This document shows, one piece after another, positions 1-8,804 of a stretch of 64,000 nt of DNA. The stretch lies in assembly GCA_964575605.1 (NCBI GenBank), contig CAZNRN010000020.1, forward strand, positions 306 to 64,305. The letters are read 5' to 3'. The translations under genes were made by a program, and so were the position numbers. Origin of the DNA: an uncultured Micavibrio sp. GTDB lineage: Bacteria; Pseudomonadota; Alphaproteobacteria; Micavibrionales; UBA2020. Every line of letters starts with the position of its first letter. Within the stretch, counting starts at the first letter, position 1. Under the pieces are notes generated by a model. The model ran no database searches. It was not told the DNA's origin and saw only the letters and a list, made by a program, of their open reading frames with translations.

Positions 1-754
1 TGTCGACCTCGGTGATGCTTTCGATATCGTCGCCGAACATCGACACGCGCCAGGCGCAATCCTCCATGTGGGCGGGGAAAATTTCCACCACGTCGCCCCG
101 CACGCGGAAGGTGCCGCGCTTGAAATCGATGTCGTTGCGGTCGTATTGCACGTCGATCAGCTTTTTCACCAGCTCGTTGCGGTCGATGGTCTGGCCGACG
201 GCGATATCAAACGCCATGCTCTGGTAGGTTTCCACCGAGCCGATACCGTAGATGCACGATACCGAGGCGACGACGATCGTATCGCGCCGCTCCAGCAGCG
301 AGCGCGTTGCCGAGTGGCGCAGGCGGTCGATCTGCTCGTTGATCGCGCTGTCCTTCTCGATAAAGGTGTCGGTTTTCGGCACATAGGCTTCGGGCTGGTA
401 ATAATCGTAGTACGACACGAAATATTCGACCGCGTTGTGCGGGAAAAATTCCTTCATCTCGCCGAACAGCTGCGCCGCCAGCGTCTTGTTGGGCGCAAGG
501 ATGATGGCGGGGCGCTGCAGTTTCGCGATTACCTGGGCGGCCGTGAAGGTCTTGCCGGAACCCGTGACGCCCAGCAGCACCTGGTTCTTGTTCTTCGCCT
601 CGATGCTCTCGATAAGGTCGGCGATGGCCTTGGGCTGGTCGCCCGCGGGCTTGAAATCGGTCACCAGCTGGAATTTGCCGCCGGTGTTCACGGGTTTGTT
701 GATAGCGGGGCTGGCGCCCGTTTCAATTTCTTCTGTCTGCAGTTTTCTTCCCAT
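1..754 (-). CDS. uvrB: Excinuclease ABC subunit B, N-terminal part (gene continues beyond left edge)
   Basis: Absent from the ORF track because it has no stop in the window. My translation of the minus strand from the ATG at 752-754 reads [124 protein letters not shown]... It has Walker A GSGKT and the [10 protein letters not shown] motif. The 68..1189 + ORF is its antisense shadow. Confidence 0.93.
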   Translation of the reverse strand, partial: MGRKLQTEEIETGASPAINKPVNTGGKFQLVTDFKPAGDQPKAIADLIESIEAKNKNQVLLGVTGSGKTFTAAQVIAKLQRPAIILAPNKTLAAQLFGEMKEFFPHNAVEYFVSYYDYYQPEAYVPKTDTFIEKDSAINEQIDRLRHSATRSLLERRDTIVVASVSCIYGIGSVETYQSMAFDIAVGQTIDRNELVKKLIDVQYDRNDIDFKRGTFRVRGDVVEIFPAHMEDCAWRVSMFGDDIESITEVD

Positions 755-763
755 GGCGCCCCC

Positions 764-1153
764 CTAGCGTCGCTTCTTGCTTTTTTTCTTGGGCGCTGGT
801 GCGGGGCGGCAGGGATAGGATTTGTTCAGCGCCAGCACGACCGCCTCGGGCGCGATGAAATCGTCGTGCTGCGGATGCGTGCGCAGGTAGGCCATGACCG
901 ACATCGCGGCATCGGTGATGCGCAGGTTTTCGGGCAGGCAGAAATCGATCGAGGGGTTGGTGCCCAGCGACTGCATCAGCAGGTGGTAATCGATAATCCC
1001 GGCGATATAGTTCAGGCAGGCGGCGATGCGTTCGCGCTTGTCGGAAATGCAGTTGCGCGACATATCGGCCGTCGTCTGGTAAAGCGCATGTGCAGGCCTT
1101 GCCGGATGGGCAAGGATGAATATCGCGCAAAGGATGAGAATCGCCTTTTTCAT
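764..1153 (-). CDS. Secreted Rap1a/Tai-family immunity-like protein
   Basis: 129 aa with signal peptide MKKAILILCAIFILAHPARPAHA. The pattern C-LNYIAGIID ... FCLPEN ... AYLRTHPQ ... ALNKSYPC fits my recollection of the Rap1a/Tai4 periplasmic immunity family (C.gY..G..D ... fC.P ... yl..hP ... PC). Confidence 0.55.
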   Translation of the reverse strand: MKKAILILCAIFILAHPARPAHALYQTTADMSRNCISDKRERIAACLNYIAGIIDYHLLMQSLGTNPSIDFCLPENLRITDAAMSVMAYLRTHPQHDDFIAPEAVVLALNKSYPCRPAPAPKKKSKKRR

Positions 1154-1311
1154 GCCAGCAATATAGACCCCGGAAGCCCCCCTGAGTAGCCCCGATTTAT
1201 GACTACTGTAATAACCTTTATTTAACAGTTTTCTTGCATAGTGTCGCGGGGACCCCTATCTATCTAGTGGTCTTTACCATTATTTCCAGCTCTTACCGAC
1301 AGGGGTGTTCC

Positions 1312-2937
1312 ATGCGCAGTTTCTTCTCTCCCAAAGCCGTTTCCCTCATGACAGCAGCCCTGCTGTTCGCCACCACCGCACATGGCGCCTGGGCCGCCAC
1401 GATCTCCGACAGCGGCGCGGCTGACCTGAAAAAACAGGTCGAGCAGGAAATGGCCTTCAGCGTCAACATGTCTAAGGTCACGGGCGCCGGCCTGACGATG
1501 AACGGCGACGTCACCGTCGTTCCCATGAAGGGCTATTACCAGGTCAAGGTGCCGAACCTTTCCTATTCTCACAGCTTCGCCAAACTCAACATCGGCACGC
1601 TGGTGATGAACGTGTCGCCCGGTGACCAGGGCCAGTACGAAATGAGCATCGCGGTGCCGAGCCCGCTAGTCGTGAGCGACAACAACGGCAAGCCCATGGT
1701 TGAATTCACGCTGGGCGAACAGCGCATGTCGGGCACCTGGTGGCCCAAATTCTCGTCCTTCACCCGCGTTGACGCCGAATACAGCGACGTCAAGGTGCGC
1801 ACGATGGCGGACACCGACAACATGACGGGCACCATTGCCAGCCTGAAAAGCACCATGAACCTGACGCAGAACGCCGACCAGACCTGGTCGGGCCCCACCG
1901 ATTTCCTCATCTCCGGCTTCAAGATGTCGGGCGGGGACAAATCGAAGCTTGATATCAACATCGAAAAAATCGGCGCCAAGGCTTCGGTCACCTCGATGAA
2001 CCTGCAATCCAAGAAAGAGCTGCAGGACAAGGTCGAAAAACTGCTGACCGACTCGCTGGCCAACCAGCAGCCCAACGCCGAACAGTCGCGCGCACTGGTA
2101 TCCGGCCTGCTGCAAAGCATCGAATCCTACATGGACGGCATGGGCAGCCATGTCGGCCTCACCAACCTCTCGCTGGTACTGACCCCCGACCCCAACGCGC
2201 CCGCGCGCCCCGACGGCACGAAGGAAGAGCCGCTCAACGTCAAGGTCGGCTCGCTCGAAAGCGGCTTCGACGTGACGGGCCTGAAGCAGCCCAAAGGCAC
2301 TGTCGCTTTCAAGATCAGCCTGATGGGCCTTGCGCTGTCGGATGTGGGCCTCGACGTGCCGGGCGTTGTCCCGACCGACACCAACCTCGAAATCACGCTT
2401 GAAAACCTGCCCATGAAGGAACTGGGCCAGGCGATCGGCACCGCGGTGACGCAGGGCGTGCAGGCCGCATCGCAAGCGGCATCCGCGACCGACCCGACGG
2501 AAAAACAGGCGCTGGACCAGCAAGCCAAGAGCCAGATCATGATGGCCGCAGCCTCCATCCCGATGCAGCTGGCGGCGGCAGGTTCGGTCGTCTCGGTCAA
2601 GAACACCTATGCCAAGGCGCCCGACATCACGTCCAAACTCGACGGCAGCTTCGCCGCCAACCCGGCCTCGCCCGTGATGGCGTCGGGCGCGATCACGCTG
2701 CTGCTGGTCGGCGTCGACGAGCTGCTGCAAAAGGTGCAGGGCATGGCACAGGCGCCGGGCGCGAACCCGACGCTGATGGCCTGGGTACAGGGCATCGCCG
2801 CGCTGCAAAAGCAAGGCGAACTGGGCAAGGCCGACGACGGCCGCAGCCAGCGCAGCTACAAGATCGTTGTCGGCCAAGACGGCAAGGTCATGCTGAACGG
2901 ACAGGATATGTTCGGCTCTATGGGTATGCCGCGCTAA
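1312..2937 (+). CDS. Secreted protein of unknown function
   Basis: The ORF-track entry 1234..2937 starts at TTG. The in-frame ATG at 1312 follows an AGGGGTG RBS and yields signal peptide MRSFFSPKAVSLMTAALLFATTAHGAWA. Composition is coding-like. No motif recognised. Confidence 0.6.
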   Translation: MRSFFSPKAVSLMTAALLFATTAHGAWAATISDSGAADLKKQVEQEMAFSVNMSKVTGAGLTMNGDVTVVPMKGYYQVKVPNLSYSHSFAKLNIGTLVMNVSPGDQGQYEMSIAVPSPLVVSDNNGKPMVEFTLGEQRMSGTWWPKFSSFTRVDAEYSDVKVRTMADTDNMTGTIASLKSTMNLTQNADQTWSGPTDFLISGFKMSGGDKSKLDINIEKIGAKASVTSMNLQSKKELQDKVEKLLTDSLANQQPNAEQSRALVSGLLQSIESYMDGMGSHVGLTNLSLVLTPDPNAPARPDGTKEEPLNVKVGSLESGFDVTGLKQPKGTVAFKISLMGLALSDVGLDVPGVVPTDTNLEITLENLPMKELGQAIGTAVTQGVQAASQAASATDPTEKQALDQQAKSQIMMAAASIPMQLAAAGSVVSVKNTYAKAPDITSKLDGSFAANPASPVMASGAITLLLVGVDELLQKVQGMAQAPGANPTLMAWVQGIAALQKQGELGKADDGRSQRSYKIVVGQDGKVMLNGQDMFGSMGMPR

Positions 2938-2983
2938 ACGCGGGGGTATGCCGCGCTAATCGATCCGGCTGAAAAATATCAGG

Positions 2984-3013
2984 AAAAGGGCGGCCGTTTG
3001 TGCCGCCCTTTTT
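2984..3013 (+). terminator. Rho-independent terminator after 1312..2937
   Basis: GGGCGGC-cgtttgt-GCCGCCC followed by TTTTT, with an A-run upstream. Confidence 0.75.
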
Positions 3014-3135
3014 CATGCGCGGCGCCTGAAAGCCTTGAAAACACAGGCCAAAATTTGCGCGAATCGCGAATATTTGCTATAAAATAAGTATAGGGTATTG
3101 AAATCCCGATATCTTCGGGGGTTCAAAGGGGAGAT

Positions 3136-3801
3136 ATGGCCGCAACCACGGACCTTCATTTTACCCAGGAACGCAACGATGCCTTTGATTGCATCCTGGC
3201 TCTCGTCCGACGCCACATCGATGGCGCCCCCGCTCCGCTCATCCTCAGTTCAGCCGATGTTTCTGCCTCCTCCGCCAAGGGCCTTGCCGAGCGCGAAGCC
3301 TGGAAGCTGCTGGAAGACGGCATCCGCCATTTGAAGGATGGCGGCGCAGGCGGCGCGCCCGGCCTTCTGACCGGCGCTCTGGTCAAGGCAAGCCTCCGCT
3401 CGTCAACCCTCGCCGCCTCGCTCGGCGTCAAGCCGCCGCGCTTCGAAGACACCAGCCAGGACCTGCACAGCGACAACGGCCGCGAGGATGCGGTGTTGTT
3501 CTGCAAGCGCCTGATCGAGGCCGCAGTCGTCGACATCCCGAAAAGCTGCCACCTGATCCAGCAAAAAATCGCCCTCGCTCCCGGCCTGCAGACGGTGACG
3601 GTCGCCGATGCCGCGCTAGCCGCGATGATGGACGCGGCAGCCGCGCGCAACGAAACATCGATGACGCTGCGCAAGCAGGCCGTGCTGTCATTCAACTGTC
3701 TTCTGGACGCCTACAAGGGCGCGTTCGACATGTTCAGGGCTGAATTGCCCAACGCCTTCAAGCCGCGTACGCCGGGCCCTGCCGGTCCCGCGTTCCGCTA
3801 G
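3136..3801 (+). CDS. Hypothetical protein
   Basis: 221-aa ORF preceded by the RBS AAAGGGGAGAT-ATG. No recognisable motif. Its stop abuts the stop of the convergent GNAT gene. Confidence 0.5.
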   Translation: MAATTDLHFTQERNDAFDCILALVRRHIDGAPAPLILSSADVSASSAKGLAEREAWKLLEDGIRHLKDGGAGGAPGLLTGALVKASLRSSTLAASLGVKPPRFEDTSQDLHSDNGREDAVLFCKRLIEAAVVDIPKSCHLIQQKIALAPGLQTVTVADAALAAMMDAAAARNETSMTLRKQAVLSFNCLLDAYKGAFDMFRAELPNAFKPRTPGPAGPAFR

Positions 3802-4656
3802 TTATTTGTTATCCAAAATATAAAGGCTGGAACGGCCGACGAATTCATAGCCGATCTTGCGGTAGATGGAATTCGACACCGGGTTGCGGGCATCGGCGTA
3901 AAGGCAGCACATCTTTTTGCCCGCTTTCAGCTGCATTTCGCTTAAATTGGCGACGACGGCCTTGGCATAGCCGTGGCCGCGGTCTTCGGGCGGCGTATAG
4001 ACCATGCTGATGCGCGCAACCGCATCGGTGCCGGAAACCGAGGCCTGCGCGACCGCCCTGCCCTTGACGTCCCAGACATACATGCGGCCGGCCGCGATCA
4101 TGTCTTCGGCGCGTTTCAGCGCCGCGCCGTCCGACAGGTGTTCCGATTTCGGCAGCGCGTCTTCGGTGAATTTCGCGATCCATTGCGCGATGGTTTTCGC
4201 CTCGGCCGGTTTGGCGGGGCGCATCTGGCCCTCGACCGGATCAGGCATCAAAACCTTCGTCAGCGAATAGATGATCTGGTCCATGAACTCGACCGGTTTC
4301 TGCCCGGTCAGCGCCGCCCATTTGTCGGCGAAGGCATGGGCGACGTCGGAGGGGCCCACGATGCCGGGAAAGCGGAAATTCTGGTTGGCCAGCGTCTCGG
4401 CCAGCTTATCAACGTCGGGCGCGGACGCCCGGCTGAGGACAAGGTTATGCGGCGGCGTCTGCACCGCCACCATCACCACGCCTTCGTCGCCCGTCATGCC
4501 CGTCAGCTGGATGCCGGCGTCGCCGCCCTTGGCGACGCGCTGTTCCGCCGTCTGGCAGAGCGAGAAAATAAGGTTATGCTCGGCCTCGTGCTGCGCAAGG
4601 TAAGCGCCGTATTTTTTCAAAAAGTCTTTCGGGTTTTTTTCAAAGGCGACTTGCAT
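3802..4656 (-). CDS. GNAT-family N-acetyltransferase (two-domain, about 284 aa)
   Basis: The C-terminal region ARISMVYTPPEDRGHGYAKAVVANLSEMQLKAGKKMCCLYADARNPVSNSIYRKIGYEFV is a typical GNAT acetyl-CoA-binding core (R/Q-x-x-G-x-G/A). Confidence 0.7.
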   Translation of the reverse strand: MQVAFEKNPKDFLKKYGAYLAQHEAEHNLIFSLCQTAEQRVAKGGDAGIQLTGMTGDEGVVMVAVQTPPHNLVLSRASAPDVDKLAETLANQNFRFPGIVGPSDVAHAFADKWAALTGQKPVEFMDQIIYSLTKVLMPDPVEGQMRPAKPAEAKTIAQWIAKFTEDALPKSEHLSDGAALKRAEDMIAAGRMYVWDVKGRAVAQASVSGTDAVARISMVYTPPEDRGHGYAKAVVANLSEMQLKAGKKMCCLYADARNPVSNSIYRKIGYEFVGRSSLYILDNK

Positions 4657-4668
4657 CTTGTTTGCTTT

Positions 4669-5850
4669 TTAACCGAGGAGGAATTTGAGCAGGGCGTCGA
4701 GCCGCTGCCTGCCGTCAGGCGTCGCCCTTACCACATCGCCGGAGATGTCGAGGAGCCCTTCTTCAACCAGTATTTTCGCCTGTTTCGGGTTAACAAAGGC
4801 TGAAAATTCAGTGTCGGCCTCTTTGCGGAAGTTTTCAAGCGAAACGCCTTCCATTAGCCGTAACCCCATCATCAGCATCTCTCGCGCGCGCTGTTCCTGC
4901 GTAACGCTTTCCATTTCATGCGCGCCGTGGCCGTCACGCTGCACGCGCTGCATCCATAACTCTGGCGCCTTGTGCGCGCGCGTCGCGGTCTTGACGCCGT
5001 TCAGCGTCAGGCGGCCATGCGCGCCGGGGCCGATGCCCGCATAATCGCCATAGCGCCAGTAGACAAGGTTATGGCGCGATTCGTCGCCGGGCTTTGCGTG
5101 GTTCGACACTTCATAGGCCGGCAGGCCTGCCTTCTCCGTCATCTCCTGCGTGATTTCGTAGAGCGCGGCGCCCGTGTCGCTGTCGGGCACTTTCAATTCG
5201 CCGCGCGCGTGCAGGGTGTGGAACTGCGTACCTTCCTCGATGGTCAGCTGGTAGAGCGAGAGGTGCCCGCCCGCCATATTAATCGCCTCGCGCAGTTCTT
5301 TTTTCCACGCCTCCGCCGTCTGCCCGGGGCGCGCGTAGATTAAATCAAATGAAAAGCGCGTGAAAACTTCCGAAGCCGCCTTCACCGCCGCCATCGCCTC
5401 GGCCGCCGAATGCTGGCGCGTCAGCATTTTCAGGTCGGCGTCGCTCAAAGCCTGCACGCCCAGCGACACGCGGTTAACGCCCGCGGATTTGAAACCGCGC
5501 AGCTTGCCGACCTCGACCGACGTCGGGTTAGCCTCCAGCGTGATTTCCGTGCCCTGCGGGATGCCCCATAAATCATGCACGGCATCCAGCACGGCCTCGA
5601 CCGTCGCGGGTTCCATCAGCGAGGGCGTGCCGCCGCCGAAGAAAACCGACTGGATATGGCGCGGGCCGGTCAGTGCGCGGTAATGCGCCATTTCCTTCAG
5701 GTAAGCGGCGGCCCAGTCCCTGTGCTCGATTTTCTCGCGCACATGGCTGTTGAAATCGCAGTAATGGCACTTGAACTTGCAGAACGGCCAGTGGACATAG
5801 ACGGCGAGGCCTTTATCCGCCTCCGCATCCGGCTTTTTGTTCAGAAGCAT
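4669..5850 (-). CDS. hemW: Radical SAM heme chaperone HemW (oxygen-independent coproporphyrinogen oxidase-like)
   Basis: VYVHWPFCKFKCHYCDFNS contains the CxxxCxxC radical-SAM motif. Length and HemN-like C-terminus fit. Overlaps rdgB by 10 nt. Confidence 0.85.
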   Translation of the reverse strand: MLLNKKPDAEADKGLAVYVHWPFCKFKCHYCDFNSHVREKIEHRDWAAAYLKEMAHYRALTGPRHIQSVFFGGGTPSLMEPATVEAVLDAVHDLWGIPQGTEITLEANPTSVEVGKLRGFKSAGVNRVSLGVQALSDADLKMLTRQHSAAEAMAAVKAASEVFTRFSFDLIYARPGQTAEAWKKELREAINMAGGHLSLYQLTIEEGTQFHTLHARGELKVPDSDTGAALYEITQEMTEKAGLPAYEVSNHAKPGDESRHNLVYWRYGDYAGIGPGAHGRLTLNGVKTATRAHKAPELWMQRVQRDGHGAHEMESVTQEQRAREMLMMGLRLMEGVSLENFRKEADTEFSAFVNPKQAKILVEEGLLDISGDVVRATPDGRQRLDALLKFLLG

Positions 5851-6467
5851 TTTTCCAGCATTTTCTTGAACGACACCGCGCGATGGTTGGTGGCGTTCTT
5901 TTCTTCCTGCTCCATCTCGCCGTAGGTGCGGCTGTCGCCGTCGGGGATGAACATGGGGTCATAGCCGAAACCCTTGTCGCCGCGCGGCGGCCAGGTGACG
6001 GTACCATGCGCATGGCCTTCGACCACTTCATAATGGCCGTCCGGCCAGGCCAGCACGAGGCAGGACACGAAATGCGCCTTGAGCGTCGAGGGGTTGTCGC
6101 CCATTTCGCGGTGCGCGCGTTCCATGGCCATGTAGAAATCGCGGGGCTTGCCCTCTTCCTCCGCCCAGTCGGCGGAATAGACGCCGGGCGCGCCGTTCAG
6201 CGCGTCGATGCAAAGGCCGCTGTCGTCGGCCAGCGCCGGCTTGCCAGTGGCCTTGGCGACCGTCTGCGCCTTGATCAGCGCGTTCTCGATAAAGGTCGTG
6301 CCGGTTTCCGGCGGCGCCTCGACGCCGTAATCGGATGCGGCCGACAGTTTCTTGACGCGGTCGCCGAACAGCTCGCGCAGCTCTTTCAGCTTGCCCTTGT
6401 TATGCGTGGCGACGACCAGTTCGTCGCCGGTAAAGGGGCGCGGAGTGTCTTTGGGGGCGGGTTTCAT
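5841..6467 (-). CDS. rdgB: dITP/XTP pyrophosphatase RdgB (Ham1 family)
   Basis: LVVATHNKGKLKELRELF ... DDSGLCIDALNGAPGVYSA ... GFGYDPMFIP are Ham1/RdgB signature blocks. Confidence 0.9.
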   Translation of the reverse strand: MKPAPKDTPRPFTGDELVVATHNKGKLKELRELFGDRVKKLSAASDYGVEAPPETGTTFIENALIKAQTVAKATGKPALADDSGLCIDALNGAPGVYSADWAEEEGKPRDFYMAMERAHREMGDNPSTLKAHFVSCLVLAWPDGHYEVVEGHAHGTVTWPPRGDKGFGYDPMFIPDGDSRTYGEMEQEEKNATNHRAVSFKKMLEKCF

Positions 6468-6476
6468 GGCTGCCTT

Positions 6477-7577
6477 TTAAGGTACGGGGGGCTTGGGTTG
6501 CTGCGGCTGAGCGGCGGGCGCTGCCTTGCCGATATGCTCTTCGAGGAAGTCGATGATTTTCAGCGCGGCGGCGTCCTTGTCTTTCCAGCTTTTGGCCAGC
6601 TGCAGCGCATCAGCCGGTTTCGCGCCATAGGACAGGCAGAGGTCGAAGCCCTCGGCGGGCTTTTTCGACGAGCGCAGCGCGGAGAGAAGCATGCTGCTGT
6701 TTTCCGCCGTCACGTCGATGTTGCCGGTATCGAGCAATATCTTCACCGCGTTCAGGCTGCCGTTCAAAAGGCCATGGGCGATATCCTGCCTGTCGCCTTT
6801 CATGCCGAGGCCGAGCATCAGTTTCACCAGCCCGCCATTGTCGCTGCCGACGGCGGTGTAAAGCGCCTCGCCCGCGCTTTTGTCGTTCTGGGGCGTCGCG
6901 CCCTTGCTGACCAGGTATTCGGCGATGTCGTTATGGCCGTATTTCACCGCCTGCAGGAAGGGCGTCCAGAAACCTTCGGCGCCCTTGTTGATGTCGGCGC
7001 TTTTCACCTCGACCAGATGGCGGATCATCTTCATGTCGGGTTCGCGCGTCGAGATGGCGTGCAGCAGCGCCGCGTTGCCGTCGGCGCCGTGTTTCAGCAT
7101 CAGGTTGACTTTTTTCATGTCGCCTTCGTCCATGCCGAAATTCATGGCGGAGGGGAAGTAACCTTCGGGGCGCTGGTCGGCCGAGGTGTTGCAGGCCTTG
7201 ACCAGATATTCGGCCACGCGGTAATGGCCGTGCAGCATCGCGGTGTGATAGGCGGCGGTTGCGGGCGCGTGCAGCGTCCAGCCGCGCTCTTCTTCCGGCA
7301 CAGTCACCTTGAATTTTTCGCAGAGCGTCTGCATCGCCTGCAGGCGGCCGAACATCGCCGCGGTTTTCAGCACGTTGGTCGCGTTGACGCTTTTGATCGC
7401 GCCCTGGCGCCAGCCGTATTTTTCGTTGTCGATCGCCTCGATCGCGGCGTCGATGCGCCACTGTTTGCCCTTGGCCAGTTCCTGCACCAGCGCGGCTTCC
7501 TTTTTATAGACCGGCAGGTCTTTCAGGCGCGCAACCATATGCTTGTAACGGAGCGTTTCCTTGGCGGGCGTGGGCAT
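6477..7577 (-). CDS. Ankyrin-repeat protein with conserved N-terminal TLRYKHMVARLK module
   Basis: ANK-like repeats, e.g. TPFLQAVKYGHNDIAEYLVSKGATPQ and GDMKKVNLMLKHGADGNAALLHAI. The N-terminal ~50 aa are shared with 7704..8690. The C-terminus is a Pro/Gln-rich tail. Confidence 0.7.
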   Translation of the reverse strand: MPTPAKETLRYKHMVARLKDLPVYKKEAALVQELAKGKQWRIDAAIEAIDNEKYGWRQGAIKSVNATNVLKTAAMFGRLQAMQTLCEKFKVTVPEEERGWTLHAPATAAYHTAMLHGHYRVAEYLVKACNTSADQRPEGYFPSAMNFGMDEGDMKKVNLMLKHGADGNAALLHAISTREPDMKMIRHLVEVKSADINKGAEGFWTPFLQAVKYGHNDIAEYLVSKGATPQNDKSAGEALYTAVGSDNGGLVKLMLGLGMKGDRQDIAHGLLNGSLNAVKILLDTGNIDVTAENSSMLLSALRSSKKPAEGFDLCLSYGAKPADALQLAKSWKDKDAAALKIIDFLEEHIGKAAPAAQPQQPKPPVP

Positions 7578-7616
7578 GGCGGGAATCCCTTTTTTGATGC
7601 GTTCAAAGTTGCCCGC

Positions 7617-7645
7617 ATCCTACGCTCGGGGCGATATTATGTCAA
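7617..7645 (-). promoter_or_regulatory. Sigma-70-type promoter for 6477..7577 (TTGACA-N17-TAGGAT)
   Basis: Minus strand: TTGACA (7645..7640), 17-nt spacer, TAGGAT (7622..7617). The GATATTATGTCAA box is shared with the paralog upstream region. Confidence 0.5.
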
Positions 7646-7703
7646 TAAAAAACACGGCGCTCCGCTGTGCGAATAACCCTTTAATAACAATCGCTTGGCC
7701 TGA

Positions 7704-8690
7704 TTAGAGCGCGGGGCCCGTCGTTGTCGGCTTGGGCGCGGTGGCGGGCGGCGGGTTCTTGGGCTCGTAACCCACGACCTTCATGTCCTGCTTTTGCGCT
7801 TCAAGGTACAGAGCTTCCTTCTGCTCGTCCGTGCCATAGACGCGGATCGAGGTCCAGCCGCGGGTGCGCGACGCAGCGACGATGGCGGCGGCGTCGAAAT
7901 TGTCGAAGCCCTGCTGCTGGTTGCGCGTGCCGATAAACTCGCGGTTCTCGGCCTGTTCGCTCCAGCCGAAGGTGCGGCCGTTTTTCAGCGTGAATTCGAT
8001 GCCCTGCGACGAAATCTCGGCCTCTTTCAGCGCGGATTTCAACTGCGGCGCGACGGCGGGCACTTTCCACGCGTCGATGAAAACCTTTTCGCCGTCAAGC
8101 TCGAGGTCGGTTTTGAACTGCACCGGCACGACAGGCACGGCAGCGGGCTGCGCCGCGGGCTCGGACAATTTAGTTTCAAGGTGCGCGGCCGCTTTCTGCG
8201 CGCCCAGCGCCACGGCCTGTTTATGCAGGGTTTCCGCATCGGCGCCGGTTTTCAGCAGGAAGTTCAGCTTGCGCACGTCGCCTTCCGCCATTGCTTTCGA
8301 GGTGGCCTCGGGCGCTTTCGCAGCCGTTGCGCCGCGGTCGTAGAGCGAGCGCGCGGTTTTGTAATTGCCGTTGCGCGCGGCGATGTCGAAGGCCGTCTGC
8401 ACCGGCTGTTCGCCGTGGATCAGGCCCAGCGTATCGACGATTTTTTCAATCGTCTGCTGGCGCGCGTGGATGGCGGTGTTCTTGAGGATATTTTCGATGT
8501 CGAAGGTGCGCCAGTCGGGCGGGCTGACCGCTTCCAGCGCGGCGTCGATGCGCCATTGCTGGCCGTCTGCGATTTCCTCCAGCAGCGCGGCTTCTTTTTT
8601 GTAGGACGGAAGGCCTTTGAGGCGCGCGACCATGTGCTTGTAGCGCAGGGTATCTTTCATGTCCCTCGCGGTGGACGGTTTCGTTGCCAT
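7704..8690 (-). CDS. Paralogous TLRYKHMVARLK-module protein with degenerate ANK repeats and a distinct C-terminal domain
   Basis: The N-terminus DTLRYKHMVARLKGLPSYKKEAALLEEIADGQQWRIDAALEA matches 6477..7577. There are weak ANK repeats (TAFDIAARNGNYKTARSLYDRGA; GDVRKLNFLLKTGADAE). The C-terminal GWTSIRVYGTDEQKEALYLEAQKQDMKVVGYEP is reminiscent of LPD7-type domains (tentative). Confidence 0.55.
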   Translation of the reverse strand: MATKPSTARDMKDTLRYKHMVARLKGLPSYKKEAALLEEIADGQQWRIDAALEAVSPPDWRTFDIENILKNTAIHARQQTIEKIVDTLGLIHGEQPVQTAFDIAARNGNYKTARSLYDRGATAAKAPEATSKAMAEGDVRKLNFLLKTGADAETLHKQAVALGAQKAAAHLETKLSEPAAQPAAVPVVPVQFKTDLELDGEKVFIDAWKVPAVAPQLKSALKEAEISSQGIEFTLKNGRTFGWSEQAENREFIGTRNQQQGFDNFDAAAIVAASRTRGWTSIRVYGTDEQKEALYLEAQKQDMKVVGYEPKNPPPATAPKPTTTGPAL

Positions 8691-8722
8691 GGCTGCTTCC
8701 CCTAAGAATTTGAATTATATCA

Positions 8723-8752
8723 ATTTTAAACCAAGCTGTGATATTATGTCAA
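8723..8752 (-). promoter_or_regulatory. Sigma-70-type promoter for 7704..8690 (TTGACA-N18-TAAAAT)
   Basis: Minus strand: TTGACA (8752..8747) and TAAAAT (8728..8723), in the same GATATTATGTCAA context as at 7633-7645. Confidence 0.5.
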
Positions 8753-8804
8753 ATATTAAAAGCCACCCGTGAAGGCGCGTTTATGTACCTCACAACGCCT
8801 TGAT

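Noticed and set aside
68-1189. Long ORFs antisense to recognised genes. Examples: 68..1189 +, 5883..7676 +, 12235..13821 -, 17753..19870 -, 35277..36371 -, 43921..45399 +, 52014..53213 +, 56457..57407 -.
   Set aside because: Their translations are Arg/Ala/Gly/His-rich low-complexity sequence, typical of the stop-poor antisense frames of GC-rich genes. Each is fully covered by a gene with clear family motifs on the other strand.
3013-3216. Small ORFs in intergenic regions listed in the track. Examples: 3013..3216 -, 17274..17561 -, 17551..17751 -, 42925..43140 +, 62988..63212 +.
   Set aside because: They have no RBS and non-coding composition. They overlap promoters, terminators or better-supported genes.
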